A stretch of DNA of 20,000 nt from an uncultured virus (IMG/VR IMGVR_UViG_3300043436_000999) (lineage: Duplodnaviria; Heunggongvirae; Uroviricota; Caudoviricetes), in the IMG/VR virus record IMGVR_UViG_3300043436_000999; one strand, 5' to 3'. Position numbers and translations under genes: made by a program. Shown here piece by piece: positions 8,705 through 17,516 of this stretch. Position 1 is the first letter of the stretch. Each line of letters opens with the position of its first letter. The notes under the pieces were generated by a model that worked only from the letters and a program-made list of their open reading frames with translations, was not told the DNA's origin and searched no databases.

Positions 8705-9252
8705 TAGAACGGAATCTCGTCATCCGTAATTCCAGCAGGAGTTGGGGAAGCCTCAGTCGGCTTGCTTGTTGTTGGTGCATCGACGTGCGTCCCAACAAAC
8801 CCTCCCTCAACAGGTGCGAAACCATTGGTCTTCTTCTCCATCGTAGCATTCTTCTGAACGATCTGAACACCGTTGAGATAGAACGACATAGACTTACTTG
8901 CACCCTTGGTGATAACAACAGGGGCAAGCTTAAGACGAACAACGTCTTCACCGAATGGAACAACATCGGTAAAGTTACCAGTTGCATCTTGGCAAGGATA
9001 TGCACCCTTGTCAACGTGCGACTTACTCTTGAACTTGATGGTCTTAACACCATCCTTTTCGTAGGTACCGTTTACCTTCTTCACACCATTGTCCTTAGCA
9101 ATCTGCATAAGTGATTGCTCAAACTCTGGAGTCAATACCACGGTGATGTTGTGGTTTGCAGACGCATCTCCGAACATGGTATCAGGCTTAAGAAGATTGC
9201 TCCACTTAACAGTAAGATTGGTGGTGATAAAGTTCTTGATACGATCAGCCAT
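8704..9252 (-). CDS. single-stranded DNA-binding protein (gp2.5-like)
   Basis: WSNLLKPDT, SFYLNGVQIV and the acidic C-tail DDEIPF; sits upstream of the resolvase, as in T7. Confidence 0.8.
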   Translation of the reverse strand: MADRIKNFITTNLTVKWSNLLKPDTMFGDASANHNITVVLTPEFEQSLMQIAKDNGVKKVNGTYEKDGVKTIKFKSKSHVDKGAYPCQDATGNFTDVVPFGEDVVRLKLAPVVITKGASKSMSFYLNGVQIVQKNATMEKKTNGFAPVEGGFVGTHVDAPTTSKPTEASPTPAGITDDEIPF

Positions 9253-9421
9253 TGCTTGGTGTCTCCGTAGAAAGGGTGTCGATGTTGATGATTACTACAC
9301 CAACCTGATTACTAAGTTCGTTGGCAAAATCACGGATTCGATTGATGTCCGTCTGCATTGCTGTCAGGTAGGTCCGAAGATCGCTGACGGCTACCACTTG
9401 ATTCTGAACTTGTTCTTCCAT
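9245..9421 (-). CDS. small hypothetical protein (58 aa, MEEQVQNQVV...TPSNG)
   Basis: Hand-translated; GGAG upstream; its stop overlaps the SSB start; overlaps the 3' end of the HExxH ORF. Confidence 0.55.
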   Translation of the reverse strand: MEEQVQNQVVAVSDLRTYLTAMQTDINRIRDFANELSNQVGVVIINIDTLSTETPSNG

Positions 9422-9776
9422 TATTCAATAACTCCGATAGACGATTGATCGTCTGTTCCATAGCCGTCTCCCATTGATCGGTAGGAGACTTGATTGAGAA
9501 ACCCGCCGCCGATTCCAGCGGGAACATAAAAAGGTGCAGCAGTTCGTGTATAAGCGTTTCCTCTACGTTATACGTTTCGTCTGCATCCTTGGGGTTCAAG
9601 ACTTGAATTAGAGATGTCATGTGATTGGGATCATAGGTGTTCAACCCATAGACCCGAAGGTTATCTTCATCGTCTAATTCTCCAGCCTTGGCCCACACAA
9701 CTTTAATTGTCCAATGCTTGAGGCCAAGTTGGTTTTGCCAATACTTGGCTCGCTTTCTGAGTAAGGTTAGATTCAC
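9330..9776 (-). CDS. putative zincin metallopeptidase (HExxH; SprT/ImmA-like)
   Basis: EETLIHELLHL followed by a downstream Glu (AMEQTIN); GTG start 1 nt after the upstream stop. Confidence 0.7.
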   Translation of the reverse strand: MNLTLLRKRAKYWQNQLGLKHWTIKVVWAKAGELDDEDNLRVYGLNTYDPNHMTSLIQVLNPKDADETYNVEETLIHELLHLFMFPLESAAGFSIKSPTDQWETAMEQTINRLSELLNNGRTSSESSGSRQRSSDLPDSNADGHQSNP

Positions 9777-9777
9777 A

Positions 9778-10161
9778 TTACCACCAGCCTACAACGACAC
9801 CTTTGTTATCCACCACAATCTCAAACCATTTGAGAAGGTCAATAGTCTGTCCGTAGGTGATGTCACTACCTGTTTCACGAACAAACTGTTTGTAGTATGT
9901 ATCTTCTTGCTTACGGTACAAATCATCATAGATATCACGAACTTGATTCTCGCTCAACTCTTCCGTGTAAAGGGTGTACCTACCGTTTGTACACCACTCA
10001 ATCCATTCGTTGTATACCTTACCACGAAATGAAGCACCACCACCAGAGAACAAGCCACCACACAAACGATTAGGTGGGAACAAATGATCTGGCATCATCT
10101 TGTATTCATCAGTAGCGTGTGGACTAAGCGCACCATAGTAAGCGAATGTATCCAAGCCCAT
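9778..10161 (-). CDS. hypothetical protein, paralog of 397..753
   Basis: AAGGAG RBS; shared motifs with 397..753. Confidence 0.85.
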   Translation of the reverse strand: MGLDTFAYYGALSPHATDEYKMMPDHLFPPNRLCGGLFSGGGASFRGKVYNEWIEWCTNGRYTLYTEELSENQVRDIYDDLYRKQEDTYYKQFVRETGSDITYGQTIDLLKWFEIVVDNKGVVVGWW

Positions 10162-10170
10162 GAGTTCTCC

Positions 10171-10830
10171 TTAAAGATTCATCAGTTCAAGATAGGGATG
10201 ACCATTGATAACAACAGCACACGAAACGATTGGCTTCTTAAGATATGCCGAACCATATTGCATTGCGGGATGGAAGCGATCAACACCAGACCCAACATTC
10301 ATTCCGAAGATACGTGAGGTTGGCCCAACAATCCAGTTGATACCAGCCACACTGTGATAGTGACCCATCACTACAGATTGAAGTCGCATCTTAGCAGCGT
10401 TGATTGCGGGGTACATACCGCCAGCACCAACACCGTGATAGTAATAGACGTTATCTTCTTCGTGTGAGTTAACCCACGACCAACCCTTGGTCTTGTAGAT
10501 AGCATCATACTCTCGAAGATAGTGCGAGGGAATACCCGCATCAGCAGCGAGACGTGCAACACGTTCGTCGTGATTACCAATCGTCACAACAGCCTTAGGA
10601 AAAGCCTTGATCCACTTCTGCAAAGACTCAGCAGTCTGATGGTATTCATCCATTGCTGCGGGATGTTCGGGATTCTTCTTGTGAAAGGAGATGGATGCGT
10701 GATCCACCACGTCACCAATGAACACAGTTGTATCAGTACGATACTTCTTCTTGACATCCTTCACAAAGTCCAAGTACTGTGGATGTACAGCAGGACAATG
10801 CAAGTCACCGATAACTAGAACTCGACTCAT
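10171..10830 (-). CDS. calcineurin-like metallophosphoesterase
   Basis: All five motifs present: GDLH, GDVVD, GNHD, HG, GHYH. Confidence 0.92.
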   Translation of the reverse strand: MSRVLVIGDLHCPAVHPQYLDFVKDVKKKYRTDTTVFIGDVVDHASISFHKKNPEHPAAMDEYHQTAESLQKWIKAFPKAVVTIGNHDERVARLAADAGIPSHYLREYDAIYKTKGWSWVNSHEEDNVYYYHGVGAGGMYPAINAAKMRLQSVVMGHYHSVAGINWIVGPTSRIFGMNVGSGVDRFHPAMQYGSAYLKKPIVSCAVVINGHPYLELMNL

Positions 10831-11006
10831 TTATTCTTCCTGTTCTTATATTCCTCTCGCCATTGTTCAGCGAGGGATGGAAGTGGAGGCCCATCCTTTT
10901 GTGGGATAGGTGCGTAAACGTTAATGCCAGTACCATCGAAGTGTGCTTGTTGATGCACGTTCCAACTATCGTAGAGATCTCCAGTACGATAGCTTCGTCC
11001 ATTCAA
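10827..11006 (-). CDS. hypothetical protein (~59 aa, xNGRSYRTGDLYDSW...)
   Basis: Stop overlaps the phosphoesterase ATG (ATGA). Probable TTG start right after the upstream stop; start uncertain. Confidence 0.55.
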   Translation of the reverse strand: MNGRSYRTGDLYDSWNVHQQAHFDGTGINVYAPIPQKDGPPLPSLAEQWREEYKNRKNK

Positions 11007-11007
11007 T

Positions 11008-11235
11008 TCAACTTTGTTCTTCGATGTAGATGTCAACTTTGACATGGGTAGCCTTCTTTGCTTTCTTTGCGCCAAGGTACTTGGCTAAGTAGGATAGAAA
11101 CTGAGTGTGCATGAAGTCACTTGGACACATGAAACTCAATGTTACTTCTGTCTTCTTCTTGTCAATCATAGCCTTGTGAATAGACTTGACTGCTTCTTCG
11201 ATTGCCCCTTCATTATCTACGATGTGTACTTTCAA
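11008..11235 (-). CDS. hypothetical protein (75 aa)
   Basis: TTGA overlap with the RNA polymerase stop; fills the gap. Confidence 0.6.
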   Translation of the reverse strand: MKVHIVDNEGAIEEAVKSIHKAMIDKKKTEVTLSFMCPSDFMHTQFLSYLAKYLGAKKAKKATHVKVDIYIEEQS

Positions 11236-13628
11236 TGGAAGAAGTACTCACTTTCTAATACCTTGTTGATGTCAAGTGTACCCGTTTCAGGAACAGGTGG
11301 CAACTCAACACCAAGATACTTTTCTAATTGCTCCTTAAGATTTGCTAGCAGATTCTCACTGTGGAGTTCAACAAACTTGCGCTTAGTAATCTCACGCATC
11401 TTGTTTACCAGTGGAGCATGGCAACCATACGAGTCATGGATAAACGAGAAGTCTTCGATACCCTCATCTGCCATCTCACAGATGGTGTTGACCATATGTG
11501 CAGCATCGAAGGAGTGGATGACGTTTGGTGAGATACCATTCTTTGCACGTCGTGGGTGAACAGCATAGCGATCAAACTCAGCGAACAAAACTTGCCGACG
11601 CTTGACCAACGTATAGATATCAACCGATCTGTTTATCATCGGGTAGTATCGGTGACGAACAAGGAACCCAGTAGGTGTTACCCAAGCAAGGTGCTTGTTC
11701 ATTTCAGCAGCAATCTTCGTGACTTCCTTAAGCCACAACTTACCTTGGTTTGGAATCTTCAACAGATGATCCATAGCCTTGATGATATGATCGGCTAGAT
11801 AGTTAGCAGCCTTGTGTCGTTCCTTGATGTCGATGAACAACAGGTTGCCATCATTCACTAGACCGTCCACAATGCCACGCCTAGTGACACCATAAGGATC
11901 TGTCATAACAGCCCGCTTCACAACACCGCGACCAACAGATCCCTTCCAGTACTCCATAAAGATCGTTGCCCAATCATCCTTGCCAACACACGCTGCAACA
12001 CTAGCAGTCACAGACTTGGCAACAACTGAGTAAGCATCTCCTGGCTTATCTGATGGTAACAGATTAACCATAGCACCGATGACTGGATCTCTTGCAATAG
12101 CAGCCCAATGTTGGATACCATTGCATGAACCATCCATACCAATCGGAAGCTGTGTCATACCATCAGTACGAAACAACTCGAACACAGCAGCAAGACGTTG
12201 GAAGGATTGATTCTTCTTTGGCTTATCGTCTGCCCACAAACGAACCGTACCATATGGATCGTTATGGATACAGCGTAGCATATCCATGTTCTTATCCACC
12301 CATGCCACACGATCAGCGAATGGTAACTTGTCTTGGTCAAACAGATTCGCAACCTGTACCTTCAACCAATACAATCCGTCAGGTGTTTGCTTCATGGGAT
12401 TGGCAAACAACAGCAATGACTTGTCGTGATCTCCCGATTGTGGGGACAACAGATCAGACAAGGCATAGGCTCGACCACGAAAGTCGAACGTCCAACCATG
12501 ATAGAAGTATTCGTGACCAATCATGTCGTTTGCAATCTTCAATCGAAGGTGCATACGAACGGTGTCATTCAATCGTCTGAACCAATCCTTCCAGAGATTG
12601 ACCCGAATACTTTCTTCGTTTCCTGAATCAGAAAACAATTTAGGATCGGGTTCATATGATGGAAGGTTGCCAACCCTAGTGTTGTTCTCGAATAGATTCT
12701 TCATCACCTCGAACACACGTTCGTTGACACACCATTCGGTAGACATCAAACGATTAGCAGCCTCGACACACTTGGACGATGGCTCTGATCCAACATACTT
12801 AGTCTTATACGTATCGTCTTGAAAGAAGAGATACGACGATGACACAATACCCTTGCGGAGATGTGGTGAATGTGTACCACCACACTCGTTGATTGTGTGA
12901 CGTACTGGTGGAACAATCATGGGGGCATAGATAATCTTTGCCATTGCCATAAGTTCTTCATGCACGGCATTCAAGTTATCCGTGACAGAATCAGATGGCA
13001 TCAACCACGTTGTTCTGTTTCCCTTACTGTCGTAAGAGTGACGTTCAACACACAACCCTACCTTGATTAACACCTCGATAAGATGAAGACACAAGGTATC
13101 TCCATCCTTCTTTGGGATTCTGCAATCAACAGATGCACTATGTGTCTTCATAAACTGTTGCATCTGACGCTTCGTCCACTTTGTTCCAAGAGAACGTGAA
13201 GCAAGAACCCATGCACCTGAGTTGTCTGAACGTGTCTGATGGAATGTACTTGCGAGTTCAAGGTTGACACGCATATGTTTGATGACTGACTGTAACTTAG
13301 GAAGAGAGCCATCAACAAACACAAAATCCAAATACGTAGAGACAATGATAGCAGAGACAGTCCTAGATCCAAGTTTGTAGATCGGGGTAATCCAAGAAAG
13401 GTTTCTCTTAGATAACTCGCTAAGATATTCCTCAATGGCTTGTTCAGTCTTGTCTACCAGAGCATAACATAAATCTGTTTCAGGTACTCCAAGGATTCTA
13501 TTACGTTCCTTACAGTAATCCATGATAGACTTATCAGCCATTGCTTCTTCTATGACAGCATTAAGATTAAGTTTATGTTCCTTATTCTTTTCTGCTATCC
13601 ACTTCTTACCATAACAGAGATTGTTCAT
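11232..13628 (-). CDS. single-subunit DNA-directed RNA polymerase (T7 gp1-like)
   Basis: DFRGRAY, motif A MDGSCNGIQH, motif B RGVVKRAVMTDPYG, WVTPTGF, PNVIHSFDA and motif C IHDSY; C-terminal YFFH. Confidence 0.98.
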   Translation of the reverse strand: MNNLCYGKKWIAEKNKEHKLNLNAVIEEAMADKSIMDYCKERNRILGVPETDLCYALVDKTEQAIEEYLSELSKRNLSWITPIYKLGSRTVSAIIVSTYLDFVFVDGSLPKLQSVIKHMRVNLELASTFHQTRSDNSGAWVLASRSLGTKWTKRQMQQFMKTHSASVDCRIPKKDGDTLCLHLIEVLIKVGLCVERHSYDSKGNRTTWLMPSDSVTDNLNAVHEELMAMAKIIYAPMIVPPVRHTINECGGTHSPHLRKGIVSSSYLFFQDDTYKTKYVGSEPSSKCVEAANRLMSTEWCVNERVFEVMKNLFENNTRVGNLPSYEPDPKLFSDSGNEESIRVNLWKDWFRRLNDTVRMHLRLKIANDMIGHEYFYHGWTFDFRGRAYALSDLLSPQSGDHDKSLLLFANPMKQTPDGLYWLKVQVANLFDQDKLPFADRVAWVDKNMDMLRCIHNDPYGTVRLWADDKPKKNQSFQRLAAVFELFRTDGMTQLPIGMDGSCNGIQHWAAIARDPVIGAMVNLLPSDKPGDAYSVVAKSVTASVAACVGKDDWATIFMEYWKGSVGRGVVKRAVMTDPYGVTRRGIVDGLVNDGNLLFIDIKERHKAANYLADHIIKAMDHLLKIPNQGKLWLKEVTKIAAEMNKHLAWVTPTGFLVRHRYYPMINRSVDIYTLVKRRQVLFAEFDRYAVHPRRAKNGISPNVIHSFDAAHMVNTICEMADEGIEDFSFIHDSYGCHAPLVNKMREITKRKFVELHSENLLANLKEQLEKYLGVELPPVPETGTLDINKVLESEYFFH

Positions 13629-13711
13629 TTATGTTCTTTCTGTTTTGGTTTAGTTATTGGAGTCCAACCGTTGGATTCCTAGCACGGAATCAGGGACTGG
13701 TGGTTCACAAG

Positions 13712-13903
13712 TTATCCACAATCACCGTCTTCTTCCTCCACCTCAATGTCATCCTCGAATGCGCCCTCATCCATCAATGCGTCAGTATCTACCCAGTAAT
13801 CCGTGCAATGATATTCGTCAATAAACATATCCCACATTCCTCCATCCCATTCGTCTCGACCAGTATCGTCGTTCACAAACTCTCCGAATTCGTCATTGAA
13901 CAT
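13712..13903 (-). CDS. very acidic small protein (63 aa, MFNDEFGEF...)
   Basis: AAGGAG 7 nt upstream of the ATG at 13903; 25 D/E against 1 R and 0 K. Confidence 0.7.
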   Translation of the reverse strand: MFNDEFGEFVNDDTGRDEWDGGMWDMFIDEYHCTDYWVDTDALMDEGAFEDDIEVEEEDGDCG

Positions 13904-14321
13904 TAACATCTCCTTCCTTGAGAACATCCTTGAGCCATTGCTTACCACGCTCAGACTCCAAGTAACGTCGCACAAAGAAGTCGAGGTTGTTGTCAAGGTA
14001 CTCATCGACCGCACTTTCCGCAGCCCGTTCAAGCGTATCAGACTGGCACACAACCGAGTCAACACAATCCGTGACCATCTGCATCATTGTATGCTCAAGA
14101 TTACAACGCAAGTCATACACCGCATCGTTGATTACCTCGTTGGCTTCCTGAGACACAGCCTGACTAACAGAGTCCTCAAGTTCCTTCTTGATATCATCAA
14201 CACTCATTGAGAGATCATTGATCTCGTCGCTGATAAGACCCTTGATAGAGTCAACCAATTCCCAGCCACCATTATAGTCGAGTTTCAGAACGGTAAAGAA
14301 CGAATCAACATACTTAGACAT
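13893..14321 (-). CDS. hypothetical acidic helical protein (142 aa)
   Basis: AAGGAG RBS; TAATG coupling. Confidence 0.8.
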   Translation of the reverse strand: MSKYVDSFFTVLKLDYNGGWELVDSIKGLISDEINDLSMSVDDIKKELEDSVSQAVSQEANEVINDAVYDLRCNLEHTMMQMVTDCVDSVVCQSDTLERAAESAVDEYLDNNLDFFVRRYLESERGKQWLKDVLKEGDVNVQ

Positions 14322-14680
14322 TAGAAATGATCTCCTTGTTGTTCAATGATGTTTGCGAGTTCTTCGAACGAAAGTTTCTCATGGTCATTCAGATCGCTGA
14401 TAACCATAGTCCGACCGTTATAAATAACGGGAGGATCATACGATTCAATCTCAGCCCACTCACGAACTGGAACGGGAAGATGGTGAAGACTTCCACCAAT
14501 ACCCTTCACTCCATTCTCTTGTTGGTACCACAGTGTATCACCACATCGTTGCTGATCGTACAGATCACACAACACACCGAGACAGCAGAAGCGATCCTGA
14601 TAGTTCAGAGCAAACTTTCCCTGCTGATACTTGCCCGAACGAAGTGCATCAATCCAAAGCTTCTTGACATCTTTATCCAT
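14321..14680 (-). CDS. conserved phage hypothetical protein (ALRSGxYxQ...CCLGV type)
   Basis: MDKDVKKLWIDALRSGKYQQG...FCCLGVLC...LND...SFEELANIIE, a pattern I recognise from uncharacterised phage proteins. Confidence 0.8.
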   Translation of the reverse strand: MDKDVKKLWIDALRSGKYQQGKFALNYQDRFCCLGVLCDLYDQQRCGDTLWYQQENGVKGIGGSLHHLPVPVREWAEIESYDPPVIYNGRTMVISDLNDHEKLSFEELANIIEQQGDHF

Positions 14681-14765
14681 TGTTATCATCCTTGCTGAAG
14701 TAGATACCGATAGCAACAACCACAAAGATCAACACGATTTGTCCCCACGGAATTGGCTCAAGCAT
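14673..14765 (-). CDS. small membrane peptide (30 aa)
   Basis: MLEPIPWGQIVLIFVVVAIGIYFSKDDNNG; GAGG RBS; fills the gap exactly. Confidence 0.55.
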   Translation of the reverse strand: MLEPIPWGQIVLIFVVVAIGIYFSKDDNNG

Positions 14766-14895
14766 TCTGATACCTCAACACATGGCTAAGAAAGAGATGA
14801 GCATCATCCTCTTCTCGAAACCCGTCAATGTGTTGACCGTTAACAAAGACATTCCACCACTTACCATCGAACGATACATAGTTATTGTTGTCCAT
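14758..14895 (-). CDS. hypothetical protein (45 aa, MDNNNYVSF...)
   Basis: GGAG upstream of the ATG at 14895. Confidence 0.6.
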   Translation of the reverse strand: MDNNNYVSFDGKWWNVFVNGQHIDGFREEDDAHLFLSHVLRYQNA

Positions 14896-15025
14896 TCTTC
14901 TTCTCCAGTTGGAGTTCTCGAATAACCCGCGCCGCTTCTCGCAACACATTCACATTGTAGTTGAGAGGGTAATCAGTTTCAAGACGCTTGAGCAACAATG
15001 TAATATCAATCTTCTCGTTGGTCAT
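14882..15025 (-). CDS. hypothetical protein (47 aa, MTNEKIDITLL...)
   Basis: Hand-translated; AGGAG RBS; ATG immediately after the upstream TAA. Confidence 0.6.
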   Translation of the reverse strand: MTNEKIDITLLLKRLETDYPLNYNVNVLREAARVIRELQLEKKNGQQ

Positions 15026-15271
15026 TTAGTTCTCCTCCTCGATATCTTCGAGGACAACTTCGCGGTTCATGTATTCGGACAAGTCACGTGCCAAGGAATC
15101 GAAGTACATCTCAGGATCTTCGTAGTTATCCGAAGTGAGAAGGTGGACATCGAAGAAACACACACCCTCTTCAATCTCCACATTCTGTGGGATAATACCA
15201 AGATCCTCACACGCATCCTTCAAATCCTGCAAACTAGATTCGACATAGAGCAGACCGATATAGTGATTCAC
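15026..15271 (-). CDS. hypothetical acidic protein (81 aa)
   Basis: GGAGG RBS; GTGA overlap. Confidence 0.75.
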   Translation of the reverse strand: MNHYIGLLYVESSLQDLKDACEDLGIIPQNVEIEEGVCFFDVHLLTSDNYEDPEMYFDSLARDLSEYMNREVVLEDIEEEN

Positions 15272-15552
15272 TTAGTGACCTCCGTGTAGTATTGAATAAG
15301 ACGCTCTGGTTCAAACAGAGCCATAACCCACAGTTGCTCGAAGAATTCAATCTTCAGAGTTGGTTCATGTCGATGTTCAGTCCCATCCTTATAGCGGACG
15401 AAAGACACGTCCCACGTCATGCCACTCTTACGGTAGCACCGCGAGAGATAGACGGTCAACAGACCTTGATAGTCTCGACCATCATCAGACATCACAGACA
15501 AATCCACAGCGATTGATTCACGATTACTGGTGTAGATGTTATACGCTTTCAT
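15268..15552 (-). CDS. hypothetical protein (94 aa, MKAYNIYTSN...)
   Basis: GAGGAG RBS before the ATG at 15552. Confidence 0.75.
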   Translation of the reverse strand: MKAYNIYTSNRESIAVDLSVMSDDGRDYQGLLTVYLSRCYRKSGMTWDVSFVRYKDGTEHRHEPTLKIEFFEQLWVMALFEPERLIQYYTEVTK

Positions 15553-15715
15553 TGTTGTACTCCTCAATGAGATCTTTGAGAATGGAAGATTCGGCATCGT
15601 TCAACCAGAAGTTGGCAGCCACAAACTGCCACCAGTTATACTCCTGCTCGTTACGAATCCCGAACATTGCTGACTGAACAAGGTTGTCCGAAATGTATGT
15701 CGTTGTTCCGTTCAT
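15539..15715 (-). CDS. hypothetical protein (58 aa, MNGTTTYISD...)
   Basis: Hand-translated; GGAG RBS; ATGA overlap with the upstream stop. Confidence 0.65.
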   Translation of the reverse strand: MNGTTTYISDNLVQSAMFGIRNEQEYNWWQFVAANFWLNDAESSILKDLIEEYNNESV

Positions 15716-15906
15716 TCGTCTTCTCCAGGAATTGTGGCATCTTCACCAGCCAACAATTCAACGATAAGTTGTACTGGTGGATACGTATTATCTTGATCCA
15801 CGTAGTACAACACACACGCCGTTTCTTTAGTTGGGGCGAGAAAGATTTTGGATTGAGTAAGTTCATGACTATAACCAACACCGTGAACAACATAGAGATT
15901 CATCAT
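15712..15906 (-). CDS. hypothetical protein (64 aa, MMNLYVVHG...)
   Basis: ATGA overlap with the upstream gene; GGAG upstream. Confidence 0.65.
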   Translation of the reverse strand: MMNLYVVHGVGYSHELTQSKIFLAPTKETACVLYYVDQDNTYPPVQLIVELLAGEDATIPGEDE

Positions 15907-16208
15907 AGGAAGAAAGACTCCACTTCTTGGCGAAGAATGAGGACACTTTGTTGATTCAGTTGCAACTTGATACTTGCTGCAACACGTTGTGTGTTGAGAG
16001 ATTCCGCACACGTTTCGACAATGAACACACTTTCATTGACGATGTGCTTCCCGTTACTCCAGTACCCCTTACCTTCGGTGACAGTTGCACCTCCAGTTTC
16101 GTTGACAATCTCCTCGACAATCGACAGGCCAATCTGTTTGGCACACACAGAGGGGTTGCCAGTTTCGTCGGCAATGTAGAACGGAATGTAGATCGTATAC
16201 TTGTTCAT
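15903..16208 (-). CDS. candidate SAM lyase / DUF3574-like PII-fold protein
   Basis: GGATVTEGKGYW...VNESVFIV...IKLQLNQQSVLI resembles the GxY/W..E...Q(E/D)SV pattern of phage SAM lyases; located in the early region. Confidence 0.55.
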   Translation of the reverse strand: MNKYTIYIPFYIADETGNPSVCAKQIGLSIVEEIVNETGGATVTEGKGYWSNGKHIVNESVFIVETCAESLNTQRVAASIKLQLNQQSVLILRQEVESFFL

Positions 16209-16678
16209 TGCAGTCCTTTCAGTTTGATTGCGGGATCAAATACCCACTTGACTTCGTTGCATTCACGGAGATAACAAACACCGTCATGGTATTCGTATCG
16301 CCAACGTTCGCCACACTCTCCAACAATGTCAACGTAACTACCATCGCCAATCGCAGGGGCAATAGTTGAGAAGAACAATTCATCGTCTCCCCACTTGCCG
16401 TCCTTACTGATCTGAATAGATCCATCTCCACACTCATCAACTGAATATCCGAAGAGATCAAAGATTCGGACAACAGAATCTTTGATGAATGCCATACGCA
16501 CATCGTCGGGGTCAATGAACTTGAGAGACTTTACAACGCTTCCGTCATCTCCCCACGAATATGTCTCGCCATACTTGGCGATATTCTCAGGAGAGAACAG
16601 ACGCTTGACACATTCAACGAACAAAGTTTCGTCACAGATTGAGATGTCTGAACGTTCTGTCGAAACATGGTAGCCCAT
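16205..16678 (-). CDS. hypothetical phage protein (157 aa)
   Basis: AAGGAG RBS; contains the motif IAPAIGDGSYVDIVGECGERWRY. Confidence 0.85.
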   Translation of the reverse strand: MGYHVSTERSDISICDETLFVECVKRLFSPENIAKYGETYSWGDDGSVVKSLKFIDPDDVRMAFIKDSVVRIFDLFGYSVDECGDGSIQISKDGKWGDDELFFSTIAPAIGDGSYVDIVGECGERWRYEYHDGVCYLRECNEVKWVFDPAIKLKGLQ

Positions 16679-16690
16679 TGGTTTATCTCC

Positions 16691-17029
16691 TTAGCCCATA
16701 TCCGTAGTACGGAAGTCTTGGTTGTTTGTGTTCGCGTCAACTAAATCATTGTAGAAGCAGTCCCAGCCTTGTTGCTTCGCGATCTGATTTGGGGTACATC
16801 GACCAATTAACGCTGCCGCGTGGCAGTACATACGTTGCAGTTCCTTTGCCTCCCTGTTGAGTTCCTCACACTTCAAGGCACAACGCTCCGCAAATCGCAT
16901 TGCATCACTAACAAGTTCCCTGAATTCATTCCGTTCCTTCTGGATACGTGCCAAATCGGAACGAAGAGTATCGTTATCTGCCTCAACACCCTCACACCAC
17001 TCACGAAGTTCTTGTTCGGTGCTGCTCAT
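16691..17029 (-). CDS. hypothetical coiled-coil protein (112 aa, MSSTEQELRE...)
   Basis: AAGGAGG RBS; ATGA overlap. Confidence 0.8.
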   Translation of the reverse strand: MSSTEQELREWCEGVEADNDTLRSDLARIQKERNEFRELVSDAMRFAERCALKCEELNREAKELQRMYCHAAALIGRCTPNQIAKQQGWDCFYNDLVDANTNNQDFRTTDMG

Positions 17030-17259
17030 TGGTTTGCCTCCTTTAGTTGAACAACAAAGTTCAGGTGAAAGACTTCGAATGTCTCCACAACTGGACGGTA
17101 TGTCCACGTAGACACATTCTTTACACAAGTAAACTCCACGAGTGTGGTTTGAAACATCGCACACGCATATCCCTCTAGAAAGAGTCGTGCATCACGCTCC
17201 GTTTCAAATCTACCAAGATCAACGGTTGATGTATAAGTCTTCTTCTGAAGGTGGAACAT
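17026..17259 (-). CDS. hypothetical protein (77 aa)
   Basis: AAGGAG RBS; coupled to the next gene. Confidence 0.75.
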   Translation of the reverse strand: MFHLQKKTYTSTVDLGRFETERDARLFLEGYACAMFQTTLVEFTCVKNVSTWTYRPVVETFEVFHLNFVVQLKEANQ

Positions 17260-17262
17260 TTC

Positions 17263-17457
17263 TTACTCCTTGTTTGGAAAGACACAGCCAACGATTGTCA
17301 TTTCGGTTCTATCGAAGAAGTTGAATTCTGTTTCTTCGTTAGACACCTCACGACGAACCAACTCATTCTCTACTTCCAACCACGACATAGTTGGTGGAAA
17401 GTATCTAACAAACTTCTCATCGCCAAACCAAATTGTTGCAATGGCGTGATCGGACAT
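17263..17457 (-). CDS. hypothetical protein (64 aa, MSDHAIATIW...)
   Basis: GGAGGT RBS before the ATG at 17457. Confidence 0.75.
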   Translation of the reverse strand: MSDHAIATIWFGDEKFVRYFPPTMSWLEVENELVRREVSNEETEFNFFDRTEMTIVGCVFPNKE

Positions 17458-17484
17458 AGTACCTCCGTTGAAGAAACACACGAT

Positions 17485-17516
17485 GAAACGTATCGGATAT
17501 TTCACCCATACATTTC
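17485..17516 (-). repeat. GGGTGAAAT hairpin repeat, copy D (imperfect)
   Basis: Minus strand GAAATGTATGGGTGAAATATCCGATACGTTTC. Confidence 0.75.

Noticed and set aside
10805..11002. Alternative ORF MDEAIVLE...
   Set aside because: The competing frame ends in a clean ATGA coupling with the phosphoesterase and is preferred; not fully excluded.
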